From: Myxococcota bacterium
GTDB taxonomy: Bacteria > Myxococcota_A > SURF-8
Direction of reading: 5' to 3'
Assembly (NCBI GenBank): GCA_963674735.2
Contig: CAXXQS010000001.1
Coordinates: forward strand, 1,792,001 to 1,856,000
DNA: 64,000 nt
Shown here: positions 1 to 10,684 of the stretch, piece after piece
Layout of the letters: each line of letters begins with the position of its first letter
How positions within the stretch are numbered: the first letter of the stretch is position 1
The notes under the pieces: model-generated
Databases searched by the model: none
Told to the model about the DNA's origin: nothing
What the model saw: only the letters and a program-made list of their open reading frames with translations
Translations under genes and position numbers: made by a program

Positions 1-67
1 AGGCTGTATAAACAGAGTACATTTACAAATGATAGGCATTGATCTCTAACATATATGGAGAATGGGA

Positions 68-826
68 ATGTCCGGACACAATAAATGGAGCAGTATCAAA
101 CATAAAAAAGCCGCCGTGGACGCCAAACGCGGCAAGGCTTTCACCAAATTCATTAAAGAAATCACCATTGCAGCCCGAACGGGCGGCGGTGACCCGAATG
201 CCAATCCCCGTCTGCGTACCGCCGTAGCAACGGCGAAATCGGGTGGAATGCCGAATGACAATATCGATCGTGCCATCAAAAAGGGAACCGGCGAACTCGA
301 CGGCGGCCAAATGGATGAAATCATCTATGAAGGTTATGGACCCGCCGGCATCGCGATTTTGCTTGAGTGCTATACGGACAACCGCAACCGAACCACGGCC
401 GATATCCGCCATATCCTGAGCAAAAACAACGGGAACCTCGGTGAAAACGGCTGCGTCGCTTGGATGTTCAACCGCCGTGGTGTTATTGAAATAATCGGCG
501 AAAATCTCTCTGAAGACGATGTCATGGAAACCGGTCTCGAACTCGAAGGTTTCGAAGATCTCGAAGTTTCAGAAAATGCCATCACTGTTTACACCGATCC
601 GACCGCGCTTTACATCGTTCGCGAAGGACTGGCTGCCAAAGGCTTCGAAATCGAAGAAGCGAAAATCGGCTTTATCCCGCAGAACACCATCAAACTGGAA
701 GGCAAGAAAGCCGAACAGATGCTGCGTTTGATGGACATGCTCGATGATAACGACGACATCACCGATGTGTATTCCAATTTCGAAATTGACGATGCGGAAA
801 TGGACCGTATCGCCAACCAGCGCTAG
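68..826 (+). CDS. yebC: YebC/PmpR (TACO1) family regulator
   Basis: MSGHNKWSSIKHKK N-terminus, NPRLR and YEGYGP motifs; SD GGAG at 57-60; upstream of ruvCAB. Confidence 0.95.
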   Translation: MSGHNKWSSIKHKKAAVDAKRGKAFTKFIKEITIAARTGGGDPNANPRLRTAVATAKSGGMPNDNIDRAIKKGTGELDGGQMDEIIYEGYGPAGIAILLECYTDNRNRTTADIRHILSKNNGNLGENGCVAWMFNRRGVIEIIGENLSEDDVMETGLELEGFEDLEVSENAITVYTDPTALYIVREGLAAKGFEIEEAKIGFIPQNTIKLEGKKAEQMLRLMDMLDDNDDITDVYSNFEIDDAEMDRIANQR

Positions 827-838
827 CTTGCTTGACAT

Positions 839-1345
839 ATGGCTGTCGGGCGCAGTGTACGGACCATCGGTATCGATCCGGGTAGCCGTCTGACAGGCTA
901 TGGAATCGTCGAGAAGCATCAGGCAAACTTGCTTCATATTGACTGCGGCGTAATTGCCCCACCGGCAAAAGCGTCGCTTGCCGATCGGTTATGTTTCATC
1001 CAGGACGAGCTGGAAAAGATCATCGACACTTACAAGCCCTTGGCCGCCGCGGCCGAAGGTGTCTTTTTCGCACGTAATTGGCGTAGCGCTCTTAAGCTCG
1101 GACAAGCCCGTGGCGCGGCTCTAGCCGCCCTCGCTCGGCGTGGGTTGTCTGTTGAAGAATACCCGCCCGCGACGGTCAAACAAGCGGTGGTCGGTTATGG
1201 GCGCGCAGACAAGCAGCAAGTCCAGCAGATGGTCAAAATCTTGCTTGGTCTGCCCGAAATACCGGAGGAGAATTCGGCGGATGCGCTGGCTGTAGCCATC
1301 TGCCACATACACGGCCCCGGCCCCAACCTGAAGGGATGGCGATGA
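839..1345 (+). CDS. ruvC: Holliday junction endonuclease RuvC
   Basis: IGIDPG, VKQAVVGYGRADKQQV and ADALAVAICH motifs. Confidence 0.95.
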   Translation: MAVGRSVRTIGIDPGSRLTGYGIVEKHQANLLHIDCGVIAPPAKASLADRLCFIQDELEKIIDTYKPLAAAAEGVFFARNWRSALKLGQARGAALAALARRGLSVEEYPPATVKQAVVGYGRADKQQVQQMVKILLGLPEIPEENSADALAVAICHIHGPGPNLKGWR

Positions 1346-1941
1346 TCGCAGGTCTCCATGGAATCATTCACACCCGTACACCCGAGAGTGTCCAGTTGGA
1401 CATCCATGGCGTTCGCTACCAATGCACCGTCTCACTGACAACATTGACCGACATCGGCCAGATTGGTGAAGAAGCCGATCTTCACGTGCATACCCATGTC
1501 CGTGAAGATGCCTTAACGCTCTTCGGTTTCTCCACTCTTGAAGAGAAAAAGACCTTTCTGGCCTTGATCGGTGTATCCGGTGTCGGCCCTAAACTGGCGA
1601 TCAATATTCTTTCGGCCATCCCGGCTCACGATCTGGGGCAAGCCGTGGTCAACGGGGATGTAGCGCGACTCACTGCCATTCCCGGCATCGGGAAAAAAAG
1701 TGCCGAACGTCTTGTCCTCGATCTACGCGACAAACTGACCAAGATTCTGTCGCTCACCCCGCAAGAACCTCGCGAAAGTCGACGTTTCGCCATCGAAGAC
1801 GAACTGGTATCGGCACTTAGCAGTTTGGGCTATAAACCCAAACCGATCGAACGAGTCGTCACGAAACTGGCCTCAAAACTACCGCTGGATAGCCCTGTTG
1901 AAGAGTTGATCCGCGCCGCACTCCGGGAGCTACAATCATGA
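1342..1941 (+). CDS. ruvA: Holliday junction branch migration protein RuvA
   Basis: HVREDALTLFGF, GVGPKLA and PGIGKKSAERLVLDL motifs. Confidence 0.95.
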   Translation: MIAGLHGIIHTRTPESVQLDIHGVRYQCTVSLTTLTDIGQIGEEADLHVHTHVREDALTLFGFSTLEEKKTFLALIGVSGVGPKLAINILSAIPAHDLGQAVVNGDVARLTAIPGIGKKSAERLVLDLRDKLTKILSLTPQEPRESRRFAIEDELVSALSSLGYKPKPIERVVTKLASKLPLDSPVEELIRAALRELQS

Positions 1942-2993
1942 ACGAGCGGGACACCGAAACATTGAGCCCCGGTCTTCTCTCCGATGAGCACTCCCAGGAA
2001 AATTCGATCCGGCCACAAAATTTCGACGAATACATTGGCCAGACACGCATCATCGATAATCTGAAGGTGTTTATCCAAGCCGCCAAAAAACGTCAGGACG
2101 TGCTCGATCATTGCCTGTTCTGGAGTCCGCCCGGGCTTGGAAAAACCACCCTGGCCCACATCGTCGCCAACGAATTGGGGGTGGATATCTACCCGACCAG
2201 CGGTCCCGCCATCGACCGAAAAGGAGACTTGGCGGGTATCCTCACCAATCTCAAACGTGGAGATGTTCTGTTTATCGACGAAATCCACCGGCTCAATCCG
2301 ACCATCGAAGAAAACCTGTATCCGGCCATGGAGGATTTCACCTTCGACATCATCATTGGGGAAGGTCCGCACGCCAAAAACATCAAGCTGCCCTTGCAAC
2401 CCTTCAGCCTCATCGGCGCAACCACACGCACCGGCATGCTCACATCCCCCTTGCGAGACCGCTTCGGAATTTTGTCTCAACTCGACTACTACACACCGGA
2501 TGATCTGGTGTGTATCCTCACCCGGTCGGCACGAATCCTCGACATCCGTATCGATGAGGATGCCGCTTGGGAACTGGCACGCCGCTCACGCGGAACCCCA
2601 CGTATCACAAACCGTCTGCTGCGGCGCGTGCGTGACTTCGCCGACGTTGCGGGCTCGGATGTCATCACCCTGGATTTGGCACGCTCAAGCCTGACCAAAC
2701 TCGACATTGACACTGTCGGTCTCGACATCACCGATCAACGCATCCTGCAATGCATCATCGAAACCTTCAACGGCGGCCCCGTCGGTCTCAACACCTTAAG
2801 CGCCGCGCTATCCGTCGAAAAAGACAGCCTGGAAGACGTCTACGAGCCTTACTTGATCCAGCAGGGCTTTTTACAGCGCACCCCCAAAGGTCGTATCGCC
2901 ACCGAACGAGCATTCCGACATATGGGCGTTACTTTGCCGACCAACCAACCCGATCTTTTCAACTCGCATGCGGTTCCGGATGACAACGATTAG
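1938..2993 (+). CDS. ruvB: Holliday junction helicase RuvB
   Basis: PPGLGKTT Walker A, FIDEIHRL, SPLRDRFG, EPYLIQQG. Confidence 0.97.
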   Translation: MNERDTETLSPGLLSDEHSQENSIRPQNFDEYIGQTRIIDNLKVFIQAAKKRQDVLDHCLFWSPPGLGKTTLAHIVANELGVDIYPTSGPAIDRKGDLAGILTNLKRGDVLFIDEIHRLNPTIEENLYPAMEDFTFDIIIGEGPHAKNIKLPLQPFSLIGATTRTGMLTSPLRDRFGILSQLDYYTPDDLVCILTRSARILDIRIDEDAAWELARRSRGTPRITNRLLRRVRDFADVAGSDVITLDLARSSLTKLDIDTVGLDITDQRILQCIIETFNGGPVGLNTLSAALSVEKDSLEDVYEPYLIQQGFLQRTPKGRIATERAFRHMGVTLPTNQPDLFNSHAVPDDND

Positions 2994-3798
2994 ACAGACC
3001 CTTGCCGGTGCCATCGAGTTCACGGGTATCGGCGTACACAGCGGAATGCCCTGCCATCTCACGTTGAAACCTGCCACAAGCGGGGGTATCCGCTTTCTCT
3101 CGGGCGAAACCGTGATTCCGGCTAGTTTACACCATCTTTGTGCCGCCGATTACGGCGTCCGCCTTACGAAAAGCGGGAAACAGATTGCCGTAGTCGAGCA
3201 CCTTTTATCCGCCTTGTCCGTACTCGGAGTCACGGATATCCTGGCTGAAGTCGAGGGTCCGGAAATTCCCATTCTGGACGGCAGCGCGTTTCCTTTCGTG
3301 GAGGCTATCGATAAAGTTGGCCTGTTCTCCCTCGACAAACCGATAGAACCGATCCGTCTTGAGCGAACACTCACCCTTAGCAACGGCGACCGGACTCTCA
3401 CGGCTTCTCCGGCCGAGCGGCTCTCTCTACTCGTCACAATCGAGTTCGACCACCCCGCCATCGATAGCCAACAGTGGCAGGGTGAACCAACAGCTGATCT
3501 TTACCGCCGTGAACTCGCTCCCGCGCGCACGTTCGGCTTCGAGCGCGACGCAGCCTCACTCCACCACGCAGGACTGGCACTCGGCGCCAATCCGACCAAC
3601 ACACTCATTTTCGACAACCAAGCTCCCCGGTCGCCCTTTCGCTTGAAGGACGAACCGGTTCGCCACAAAGCGCTCGACCTCCTGGGAGATCTTGCATTGC
3701 TGGGTCGCCCGCTCCTCGCTCACGTTCATTCCCATAAAGGCGGCCACACACTCAATACGTCACTCGCGAAACTGATCCTCGACTCTCTCGCATCCTGA
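2980..3798 (+). CDS. lpxC: UDP-3-O-acyl-N-acetylglucosamine deacetylase
   Basis: GIGVHSG, VEHLLSAL, EIPILDGSA, ARTFGF, HKALDLLGDL and GGH motifs. Confidence 0.93.
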   Translation: MTTIRQTLAGAIEFTGIGVHSGMPCHLTLKPATSGGIRFLSGETVIPASLHHLCAADYGVRLTKSGKQIAVVEHLLSALSVLGVTDILAEVEGPEIPILDGSAFPFVEAIDKVGLFSLDKPIEPIRLERTLTLSNGDRTLTASPAERLSLLVTIEFDHPAIDSQQWQGEPTADLYRRELAPARTFGFERDAASLHHAGLALGANPTNTLIFDNQAPRSPFRLKDEPVRHKALDLLGDLALLGRPLLAHVHSHKGGHTLNTSLAKLILDSLAS

Positions 3799-3915
3799 TC
3801 CCGCCTTCTGCCGATCGACCTCCCCGCTCCCGGTATCGGCACATCTTGTTTCAGCCCAACCGAAAAAAGCGGAGTCTTCAACCAAGGCGGAAGCACGAAA
3901 AAGTGCCGCGAGGCA

Positions 3916-3944
3916 TTGCATTTACGGCAATCACCCATTATGAT
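3916..3944 (+). promoter_or_regulatory. Putative sigma-70 promoter of purB-thiE-thiL
   Basis: TTGCAT-17 nt-TATGAT upstream of SD GGAGG and ATG 3981. Confidence 0.5.
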
Positions 3945-3980
3945 ACGGCGGTTTCGCGAACCCCCATTGGAGGATGTACT

Positions 3981-5282
3981 ATGATTGAACGTTACACCAC
4001 GCCCGAAATGGGCCGTGTTTGGGATCTTCAGAGCAAATATGAAACCTGGTTCGAAGTCGAGAAAGCCGCTTTGGAGAGTATGGCCGAAGCCGGACTCGTT
4101 CCCCAGGATGCCGTGGAAGCGATAAAAACGGCGAAAGTCACTATCGATCCGACGCGTATTGAAGAAATCGAGCAAACCACCAAACACGATATCATCGCTT
4201 TTCTGACTCATCTCGAAGAGCAGATTGGAGAACCGGCACGCTGGATTCACTACGGCATGACCAGTTCGGATGTTCTCGACACCGCTTTTGCGCTGCAACT
4301 CGGTCGTGCTTCCGACATGATTCGGGAAGACTTGCTGGCCTTGCGCACGGTGATCAAGCGGCGGGCCTTCGAGCACAAGACCACGGTCATGATCGGTCGT
4401 TCCCACGGCATTCACGCCGAACCCATCACCTTCGGCTTGGTGCTGGCCATCTGGTACGCTGAGATGTCACGCAACCTCGACCGTTTCGACCACGCACGCG
4501 AGTCGGTGCGCACTGGGATGATCTCGGGAGCCGTCGGCACTTTCGCCAATACCCCACCAGAAGTCGAAGCCTCGACCTGTCGCCGCTTGGGTCTCGAACC
4601 CGAACCGGTTTCCAATCAAGTAATCCAGCGTGACCGCCACGCGGAATATTTTTCCACTCTGGCGATCATTGCGGCAAGCATCGAAAAAATCGCCATACAA
4701 ATCCGACATCTGCAACGAACCGAGGTCCGCGAAGTTGAGGAAGCCTTCTCCAAAGGTCAGAAGGGGTCGTCGGCCATGCCGCATAAACGCAACCCCATTG
4801 GTTCGGAGAATATTACGGGGTTGGCCCGCTTGGTAAGATCGAACGCTCTGGCTGCGCTTGAAAACGTTGCGCTCTGGCACGAACGCGATATCAGCCACAG
4901 TTCTGTGGAACGTGTCATCGCTCCCGATAGCACCATCCTGATCGATTACATGCTGAAACGCTTAACACGCATGCTGGACAATCTCGTGGTTTACCCAGAA
5001 GCCATGGAGCGCAACCTCAATCAGATGCGCGGTCTGGTTTTTTCGCAGAAACTACTGCTCGATCTGGTCACCAAAGGTCTGCCGCGCCAAACCGCCTACG
5101 AGGCCGTACAACGTAACGCCATGCGTGTCTGGCAGGAACCGGGGCTGCACCTCAAAGACGCCTTGTTGGCCGATGCCGAGCTGATGGCCAAACTCAAACC
5201 GGAAGATATTGAACAGAGCTTCGACCTGGGGTATCATCTCAAGCATGTAGACACGATCTTCGACCGAGTGTTCAACAGCTAG
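3981..5282 (+). CDS. purB: Adenylosuccinate lyase
   Basis: MIERYT start after GGAGG; GRSHGIHAEP and GSSAMPHKRNP signature. Confidence 0.97.
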   Translation: MIERYTTPEMGRVWDLQSKYETWFEVEKAALESMAEAGLVPQDAVEAIKTAKVTIDPTRIEEIEQTTKHDIIAFLTHLEEQIGEPARWIHYGMTSSDVLDTAFALQLGRASDMIREDLLALRTVIKRRAFEHKTTVMIGRSHGIHAEPITFGLVLAIWYAEMSRNLDRFDHARESVRTGMISGAVGTFANTPPEVEASTCRRLGLEPEPVSNQVIQRDRHAEYFSTLAIIAASIEKIAIQIRHLQRTEVREVEEAFSKGQKGSSAMPHKRNPIGSENITGLARLVRSNALAALENVALWHERDISHSSVERVIAPDSTILIDYMLKRLTRMLDNLVVYPEAMERNLNQMRGLVFSQKLLLDLVTKGLPRQTAYEAVQRNAMRVWQEPGLHLKDALLADAELMAKLKPEDIEQSFDLGYHLKHVDTIFDRVFNS

Positions 5283-5294
5283 AAAGAGTCCGCC

Positions 5295-5942
5295 ATGCCG
5301 CTAGTATCGCAGCAATGCCGCCTGTGCCTCGTCACCGACCGTCGGTTCTCATCGCGTTCGCTTGTCGATCTGGTAGCCGAAGCGGTCGAGGGCGGCGTCA
5401 CCCTGGTTCAGTTGCGTGAAAAAGACAGCGAAACTCGCGCTGTTTTTGAGCTCGGCCAGGATTTGAAGGCCCTGCTTGATCCACTGGGCATACCCTTGAT
5501 CGTTAACGACCGCCTGGACCTGGCCTTGGCCCTCGATGCCGCAGGGGTGCACTTGGGCCAGAACGATATGCCGATCAGCATCGCTCGGGCTCTCCTGGGA
5601 GGCCGTAGAATCATCGGGGCCACCGTCAATACCCTGCAGCAAGCCAAAGAAGCGGTACTGGAAGGAGCCGACTACCTGGGAGTCGGTGCCATTTATCCTA
5701 CCGCGACAAAAAGCGACCATAGCCCCGTTATCGGTCTTGATGGCTTGACGCGTCTCCGTTCGGAAGTCGCGCTTCCCATGATCGGCATCAGCGGAATCAA
5801 GGCGGAAAACGCGCGGGGAGTGCGAATGGCCGGAGCGGATGGTGTCGCCGTTGTGTCGGCGATCCTGGCTGCAGAAAACCCTCGTAGCGCGGCTGCCGAA
5901 CTTTTCAAAGCCGTAACACTTCCGGAAGATGAATCCGCATGA
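5295..5942 (+). CDS. thiE: Thiamine-phosphate synthase
   Basis: VQLREK, VNDRLD, GVHLGQND, TATK and AVVSAI motifs. Confidence 0.95.
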   Translation: MPLVSQQCRLCLVTDRRFSSRSLVDLVAEAVEGGVTLVQLREKDSETRAVFELGQDLKALLDPLGIPLIVNDRLDLALALDAAGVHLGQNDMPISIARALLGGRRIIGATVNTLQQAKEAVLEGADYLGVGAIYPTATKSDHSPVIGLDGLTRLRSEVALPMIGISGIKAENARGVRMAGADGVAVVSAILAAENPRSAAAELFKAVTLPEDESA

Positions 5943-6940
5943 CCCCCCGTCGTCACAAAACCATTGCCGAATTGGGGGAATTCGGGCTGATTGCCAAACT
6001 GACCGAAGCTTTACCGGTCCATCCGGCTCTTGAATTGGGAATTGGCGACGATGCCGCCATCCTGAAGCGTCATCCGGAGCGCCTGCTGGTCACCACCGAC
6101 CTTTTAGTGGAAGACGTCCATTTTCGACGCAGTACCACCTCAGCCGCCGATCTTGGACACAAATCATTGGCGGTGAACTTGAGCGATATCGCGGCGATGG
6201 GAGGACGTCCCCTGGCTGCTTTTATTTCGTTGGCGTTGCCGAAAAGCTTGCCCGTAAGTTGGGCTACAGCTCTATATCGCGGAATGCGCAAGCTCGCCGA
6301 TGAATGCGGAGTGGCGTTGGCGGGAGGTGACACCACCGGCAGCCCGGGTCCGATCATAATCAACGTCGCACTTATCGGAATGGCCCAAGGCAAAACGATC
6401 CTCCGGCGCGATGGCGCCCATCAAGGGAATAGTCTGTGGGTCTGTGGCGATCTAGGCTATTCCGCCGCCGGCTTACATGCTCTCGAAAACGGACTTCGAG
6501 CCCCTGCCGCCTTCCGTCTCGCCCACAAGCGTCCCCAGGCGCGCCTTGCGGAGGGACTTGCCCTCGCCAAAAGTGGTCGCTGCACGTCGTGCCTGGACGT
6601 TTCGGACGGTTTGCTGGGCGATCTTCAACATATCCTTGACCGCAGCGGAATCGGCGCGGAAATCGACTTGGCAGCATTGCCGATCCCGGCAAATCTACAA
6701 CGTTTCGCCAACCGGCACAAGCTCGACCCTCTGCAACTAGTTCTCAATGGCGGTGAAGACTACGCCCTCCTATTCACCCTCACCGGCAAGCGCGCCCCTA
6801 CCCCCTGGCCGAAAACGGCCGCCCAACCGCGGCGTATCGGTTGCATAACGGAAACGAGTGGACAAGCAACAGCTTTGCTACCCGATGGTCAGCGGATCCC
6901 GCTATCCTCATCAAGTTGGAACCATTTCACAAACGATTGA
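5939..6940 (+). CDS. thiL: Thiamine-monophosphate kinase
   Basis: GEFGLI, GIGDDAA, VNLSDIAAMGG, GGDT, DVSDGL and GGEDY motifs. Confidence 0.95.
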   Translation: MTPRRHKTIAELGEFGLIAKLTEALPVHPALELGIGDDAAILKRHPERLLVTTDLLVEDVHFRRSTTSAADLGHKSLAVNLSDIAAMGGRPLAAFISLALPKSLPVSWATALYRGMRKLADECGVALAGGDTTGSPGPIIINVALIGMAQGKTILRRDGAHQGNSLWVCGDLGYSAAGLHALENGLRAPAAFRLAHKRPQARLAEGLALAKSGRCTSCLDVSDGLLGDLQHILDRSGIGAEIDLAALPIPANLQRFANRHKLDPLQLVLNGGEDYALLFTLTGKRAPTPWPKTAAQPRRIGCITETSGQATALLPDGQRIPLSSSSWNHFTND

Positions 6941-7077
6941 TTTTATGGCGATTTTTTTGGAATGGCTTTGCTTGCCCTTGCATTTCTCGTCTTGCTCGGA
7001 AATATTTTCCCAGTTGTTTTGCAAATTAATGCTTAATTATGTGAAATAGTTTCTATTATTTATGAATTTTTGGTATA

Positions 7078-7398
7078 ATGTCGGAGAAAGGAGCTACCGG
7101 TCCATTCATCATGCTGTTTTTCTATCGACTTACACGACGACTCGTGCTCGCATCGATGGTTGCCCTGTTACTCGTGCTGATTCATCGAAGCGTTGACTGT
7201 GTCATTACCTACCGAGACGTGGAAACAAACCACGACAAACTCTCTGCGCGCATGGAAGATCTTCAACTCCGCAATGCCGAGTTGGAACAAGAATGCAACC
7301 GATTGGCTACGGATTTCAGCTATTATGAGCAGCTCGCACGTGAAGAATTCGGATATGTCAAGGCCGATGAAGTGATCTATCTCGTTCCACTTCACTGA
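7078..7398 (+). CDS. FtsB/DivIC-like septum formation initiator
   Basis: Single TM helix, coiled coil, C-terminal EQLAREEFGYVKADE motif; start uncertain. Confidence 0.7.
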   Translation: MSEKGATGPFIMLFFYRLTRRLVLASMVALLLVLIHRSVDCVITYRDVETNHDKLSARMEDLQLRNAELEQECNRLATDFSYYEQLAREEFGYVKADEVIYLVPLH

Positions 7399-7421
7399 TT
7401 CGATACACAAAAATCTGCAAC

Positions 7422-7451
7422 AAAAAAGGGAGGCCCGCAAGCCTCCCTTTA
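7422..7451. terminator. Bidirectional Rho-independent terminator
   Basis: AAAAAAGGGAGGC-ccgcaa-GCCTCCCTTTT between convergent genes. Confidence 0.85.
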
Positions 7452-7468
7452 CTTATCGGAATCCCACT

Positions 7469-7792
7469 TTACTTCAGGATTTCCTGGAGCTTGAGGGACA
7501 GAGGCAGGTTACCCTGCACTTTGAGCTTCTGGCTCATGTAAAGCTGCATGGGGTTGGCGGTTTTGTTCATCATCGCCTCGAAGTCTTCACCCTGGAGAAT
7601 GATGACACAACCCGGATTATCCGCCGGGCCTTCAGTTACCGAACCGGGAGCGCTGGTCAGATCCAAGGTCCAGGTACCGCCATTGTCGCCTTCGATGTTG
7701 AACTGGAACACCGCATTGACGTTGCCCGCGATATCGGGGTTGGCCTGAAGCTTTGCATCAATTTGGCTGATCAATTCTTGGGGAGTCGCCAT
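7469..7792 (-). CDS. SCP2 sterol/lipid-binding domain protein
   Basis: VFQFNIEG..GTWTLDL and NPMQLYMSQKLKVQGN SCP2 pattern; start at MATPQE after a purine-rich SD. Confidence 0.88.
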   Translation of the reverse strand: MATPQELISQIDAKLQANPDIAGNVNAVFQFNIEGDNGGTWTLDLTSAPGSVTEGPADNPGCVIILQGEDFEAMMNKTANPMQLYMSQKLKVQGNLPLSLKLQEILK

Positions 7793-7882
7793 TTCCTTTT
7801 CCTCCACGTTTTCTGGGTTTGCAAATGCGGGTAACGACCGCATATCGGCTCTTAAATGAATGATCGTTCACTCGCTGGCATT

Positions 7883-7911
7883 TTTATAGTACACGCCCCC
7901 GATGGTGTCAA
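7883..7911 (-). promoter_or_regulatory. Sigma-70 promoter of the SCP2 gene
   Basis: Minus strand TTGACA-17 nt-TATAAA. Confidence 0.65.
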
Positions 7912-8071
7912 GTGCTTTTAGTTTCGATGCGTTGCGTGATTTCCAAGCCTTATGGAATTGACAAAAACGGTAATCCATCAATCCAACCGGTCCCCCCCTT
8001 CTTTTTTCAAAAATTGCAGAACTCAAAACAGAAACGGGAACCGTCATCGGGAACAAAAACAGCATCAGCCT

Positions 8072-9097
8072 TTAATGGTCATACCCATCCTCGGCCAAGT
8101 TTACTTTGCCGCGAAAGGCCCGGTAGAACCAAATCGTATATCCCAAAACGATCGGCATGCCGACAAGAGCGATTCCCAACATCCAGCTAAGCGTGAGTTG
8201 AGATGATGACGAGTTGAAGATGCTCAGGCTGTTAGCCGCGATGTTATTGGCAGGTAATAAATTAGGGTAAACTGCCGCGGCAACCAAAAGGAAATTGAAG
8301 GCAATGCCCACCGACGATGCAATAAAGGCTTTCACCAGTTTGCCTTTCATATTCAACAGCGGAATCGCCAGCACCGTTATCGCCGCCAAAACAGGTAAAC
8401 TCCACAAAGCCGGTACCATAGTATAATTGACCCAATGCTGTTCCTGTATCGCCAAACTCACCACCCCCGACAAAAACCATAAGGCAACGTACGTAAACAA
8501 ACTGATATTAGACCACTTCCGCGCTCGCAGAGCCAGCTCTCCGTCGGTTTTAAGACGAATATAGAGCGCTCCGTGCCCGGCAATCATCGCCAGTCCCGTT
8601 ACGCCGATTAAAAGACTGTATGGATTCAGCAGCCCCAGAAGACCTTCCCGGTAATTCCCTTCAGCATCCAGCGGTACGCCGTTGAGCACGTTGCCGATCG
8701 CCACTCCAAAAATCAAGGCCGCCACGATGGAACACACAGAGAACACGACATCCCATCGTCCTCGCCACCTCGGGGTCTCTTCCAAATCACGAAACTCGAA
8801 GCTGACGGCCCGGAATATGAGCGCGAACAGCACAATCATCAGGGCCGCATAAAATCCACTAAACACGGCTGCATACACCATCGGAAAAGCGGCAAACAGC
8901 GCTCCGCCGCCCGTGATCAACCACACCTCGTTACCATCCCAAAAAGGCGCGATACTGCGCATCATCGTCCGGCGCTCGTCATCGCCTTTCGAAAAAAGAT
9001 GCCAAAAGCCGACACCCAGGTCGAAGCCGTCGAGGACGGCGTACCCAATCAACAGAACCGCCACCAGAGCAAACCAAATGATCTGTAAGGTCGCCAT
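8072..9097 (-). CDS. cydB: Cytochrome bd oxidase subunit II
   Basis: LDGFDLGVG, PFWDGNEVWL and FRAVSFEFR motifs. Confidence 0.96.
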   Translation of the reverse strand: MATLQIIWFALVAVLLIGYAVLDGFDLGVGFWHLFSKGDDERRTMMRSIAPFWDGNEVWLITGGGALFAAFPMVYAAVFSGFYAALMIVLFALIFRAVSFEFRDLEETPRWRGRWDVVFSVCSIVAALIFGVAIGNVLNGVPLDAEGNYREGLLGLLNPYSLLIGVTGLAMIAGHGALYIRLKTDGELALRARKWSNISLFTYVALWFLSGVVSLAIQEQHWVNYTMVPALWSLPVLAAITVLAIPLLNMKGKLVKAFIASSVGIAFNFLLVAAAVYPNLLPANNIAANSLSIFNSSSSQLTLSWMLGIALVGMPIVLGYTIWFYRAFRGKVNLAEDGYDH

Positions 9098-9107
9098 GAT
9101 TTCCTCC

Positions 9108-10433
9108 TTAAGCCTGCGTGGCGTCGTACGGGTCCGGCCCCTTCGCGATCAACTTCTTCAGCATGTAAATCCAAAGCGTAAACAGGATGCCGTAAGCAAC
9201 CACAAACGCAATCAGAGAAACCAGCACGGCCCCAGCATCCACATTGGGCGAAATAGCATCACGGGTACGAATGACATGGTAAACCGCCCAGGGCTGGCGC
9301 CCGACCTCGGCAACGATCCAGCCGAGCAAATTGGCAACGTGCGGCAGCGGGATCATCAGCACCGCCAGTTTTAAAAACCATTTATTTTTGTCAAGCAGGT
9401 TTTCGTATTGCAGATACAAGCCCCACACCACGAAAGCCACAAAAGCAAATCCGATCAGCACCATGAAGTGGAAACCGAAAAACGGCAGGATCACCGGAGG
9501 TCGATCTTCTTTCGGAAATTCTTTGAGGCCGGTCACCACACGATTCGAGTCACCATGAGCCAGGATGGAAAGAAACGGGGGCATTTCAATTGCAAAATAG
9601 AATCTCTCGTTCTCGACATCGGGAATACCGAACAATTTGAGAGGAGCACGGTTCGTGGTTTCGAAATGCCCTTCCATGGCCGCCAATTTCTCCGGCTGCG
9701 AATTGACCACCTGCACCGCATGCCAGTGACCGAAAGCAACTTGCGCTAACGTCGCGAAAAAAGCGATGAACAGCGCCATTTTCATGGACTGCGCAGCAAA
9801 ACGCATATGCTTGTTTTTAAGCAGATACATGGCACTGATACCCATCACCATGAATGCCCCGGTAATCAGCGCGGCATCGACTGTGTGGAAAAAGCGTGGA
9901 GCAGTGGAAGGGTTGGCGGCTGCAGCCCAAAAATCGGTCAGAACCGCCCGGCCATCGAGAATCGTATAGCCATCAGGAGTTTGCATCCAACTATTGGCAA
10001 TCAAAATCCACAAAGAGGACAATGTGGACCCGACGGCCACCATCAACATCGAAAACCACAACAATCGGGGTGAAAAGCGTTTCCAACCAAAAACCAGGAC
10101 ACCAAGAAAGGTGGATTCAAGGAAAAAAGCGAAAATCCCCTCGGCAGCCAATGGCGCACCGAAGATGTCCCCAACAAAGCGCGAATAGTCAGCCCAATTC
10201 GTGCCGAATTGAAATTCCAGAGTCAGTCCGGTAGCCACACCCACAGCGAAGGTCGCCGTAAATATTTTTATCCAAAAATGTGCCGTCGTATACCAGAAGT
10301 CCGAACCGGTGTTCTTCCAGCGAGTCATCATCCAAACGATCACCCAAGCCATCCCGATCGTAATGGGCGGGAAAATGAAATGGAATCCAGCCGTAAAAGC
10401 GAATTGGATCCGAGCAAGTAAAGCGGCATCCAT
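9108..10433 (-). CDS. cydA: Cytochrome bd oxidase subunit I
   Basis: LARIQFAFT..FHFIF, EFQFGTNW, NSWMQTP, QPEKLAAME and EVGRQPW motifs; start MDAALL after GGGGAGG. Confidence 0.96.
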   Translation of the reverse strand: MDAALLARIQFAFTAGFHFIFPPITIGMAWVIVWMMTRWKNTGSDFWYTTAHFWIKIFTATFAVGVATGLTLEFQFGTNWADYSRFVGDIFGAPLAAEGIFAFFLESTFLGVLVFGWKRFSPRLLWFSMLMVAVGSTLSSLWILIANSWMQTPDGYTILDGRAVLTDFWAAAANPSTAPRFFHTVDAALITGAFMVMGISAMYLLKNKHMRFAAQSMKMALFIAFFATLAQVAFGHWHAVQVVNSQPEKLAAMEGHFETTNRAPLKLFGIPDVENERFYFAIEMPPFLSILAHGDSNRVVTGLKEFPKEDRPPVILPFFGFHFMVLIGFAFVAFVVWGLYLQYENLLDKNKWFLKLAVLMIPLPHVANLLGWIVAEVGRQPWAVYHVIRTRDAISPNVDAGAVLVSLIAFVVAYGILFTLWIYMLKKLIAKGPDPYDATQA

Positions 10434-10480
10434 AACGGTATCCTCCCCGAAGAAATGATGACGACCAAAATGGTTGGCCA

Positions 10481-10508
10481 AGCATACCAAAGCCGGACAA
10501 TCTGTCAA
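10481..10508 (-). promoter_or_regulatory. Sigma-70 promoter of cydAB
   Basis: Minus strand TTGACA-16 nt-TATGCT with TG extension. Confidence 0.55.
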
Positions 10509-10684
10509 GTTATAGCCATTACATTTTAGATTATTGCTTTTTTCTTTCATGAAGTTCCCACTGATTCTCCCTCATTTTAATCGATTGAAGGTTGCAATTG
10601 CATATGGCTTATGGCAAAAGAGAACAGCAAGTTAAGCTCCTAAACTAGCCTACAAACGATAATTGAATCTAAGGAGATACAGAA

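Noticed and set aside
5283-5294. TPP riboswitch before thiE-thiL
   Set aside because: Only 12 nt separate purB from thiE, and no CUGAGA-type core is seen upstream.
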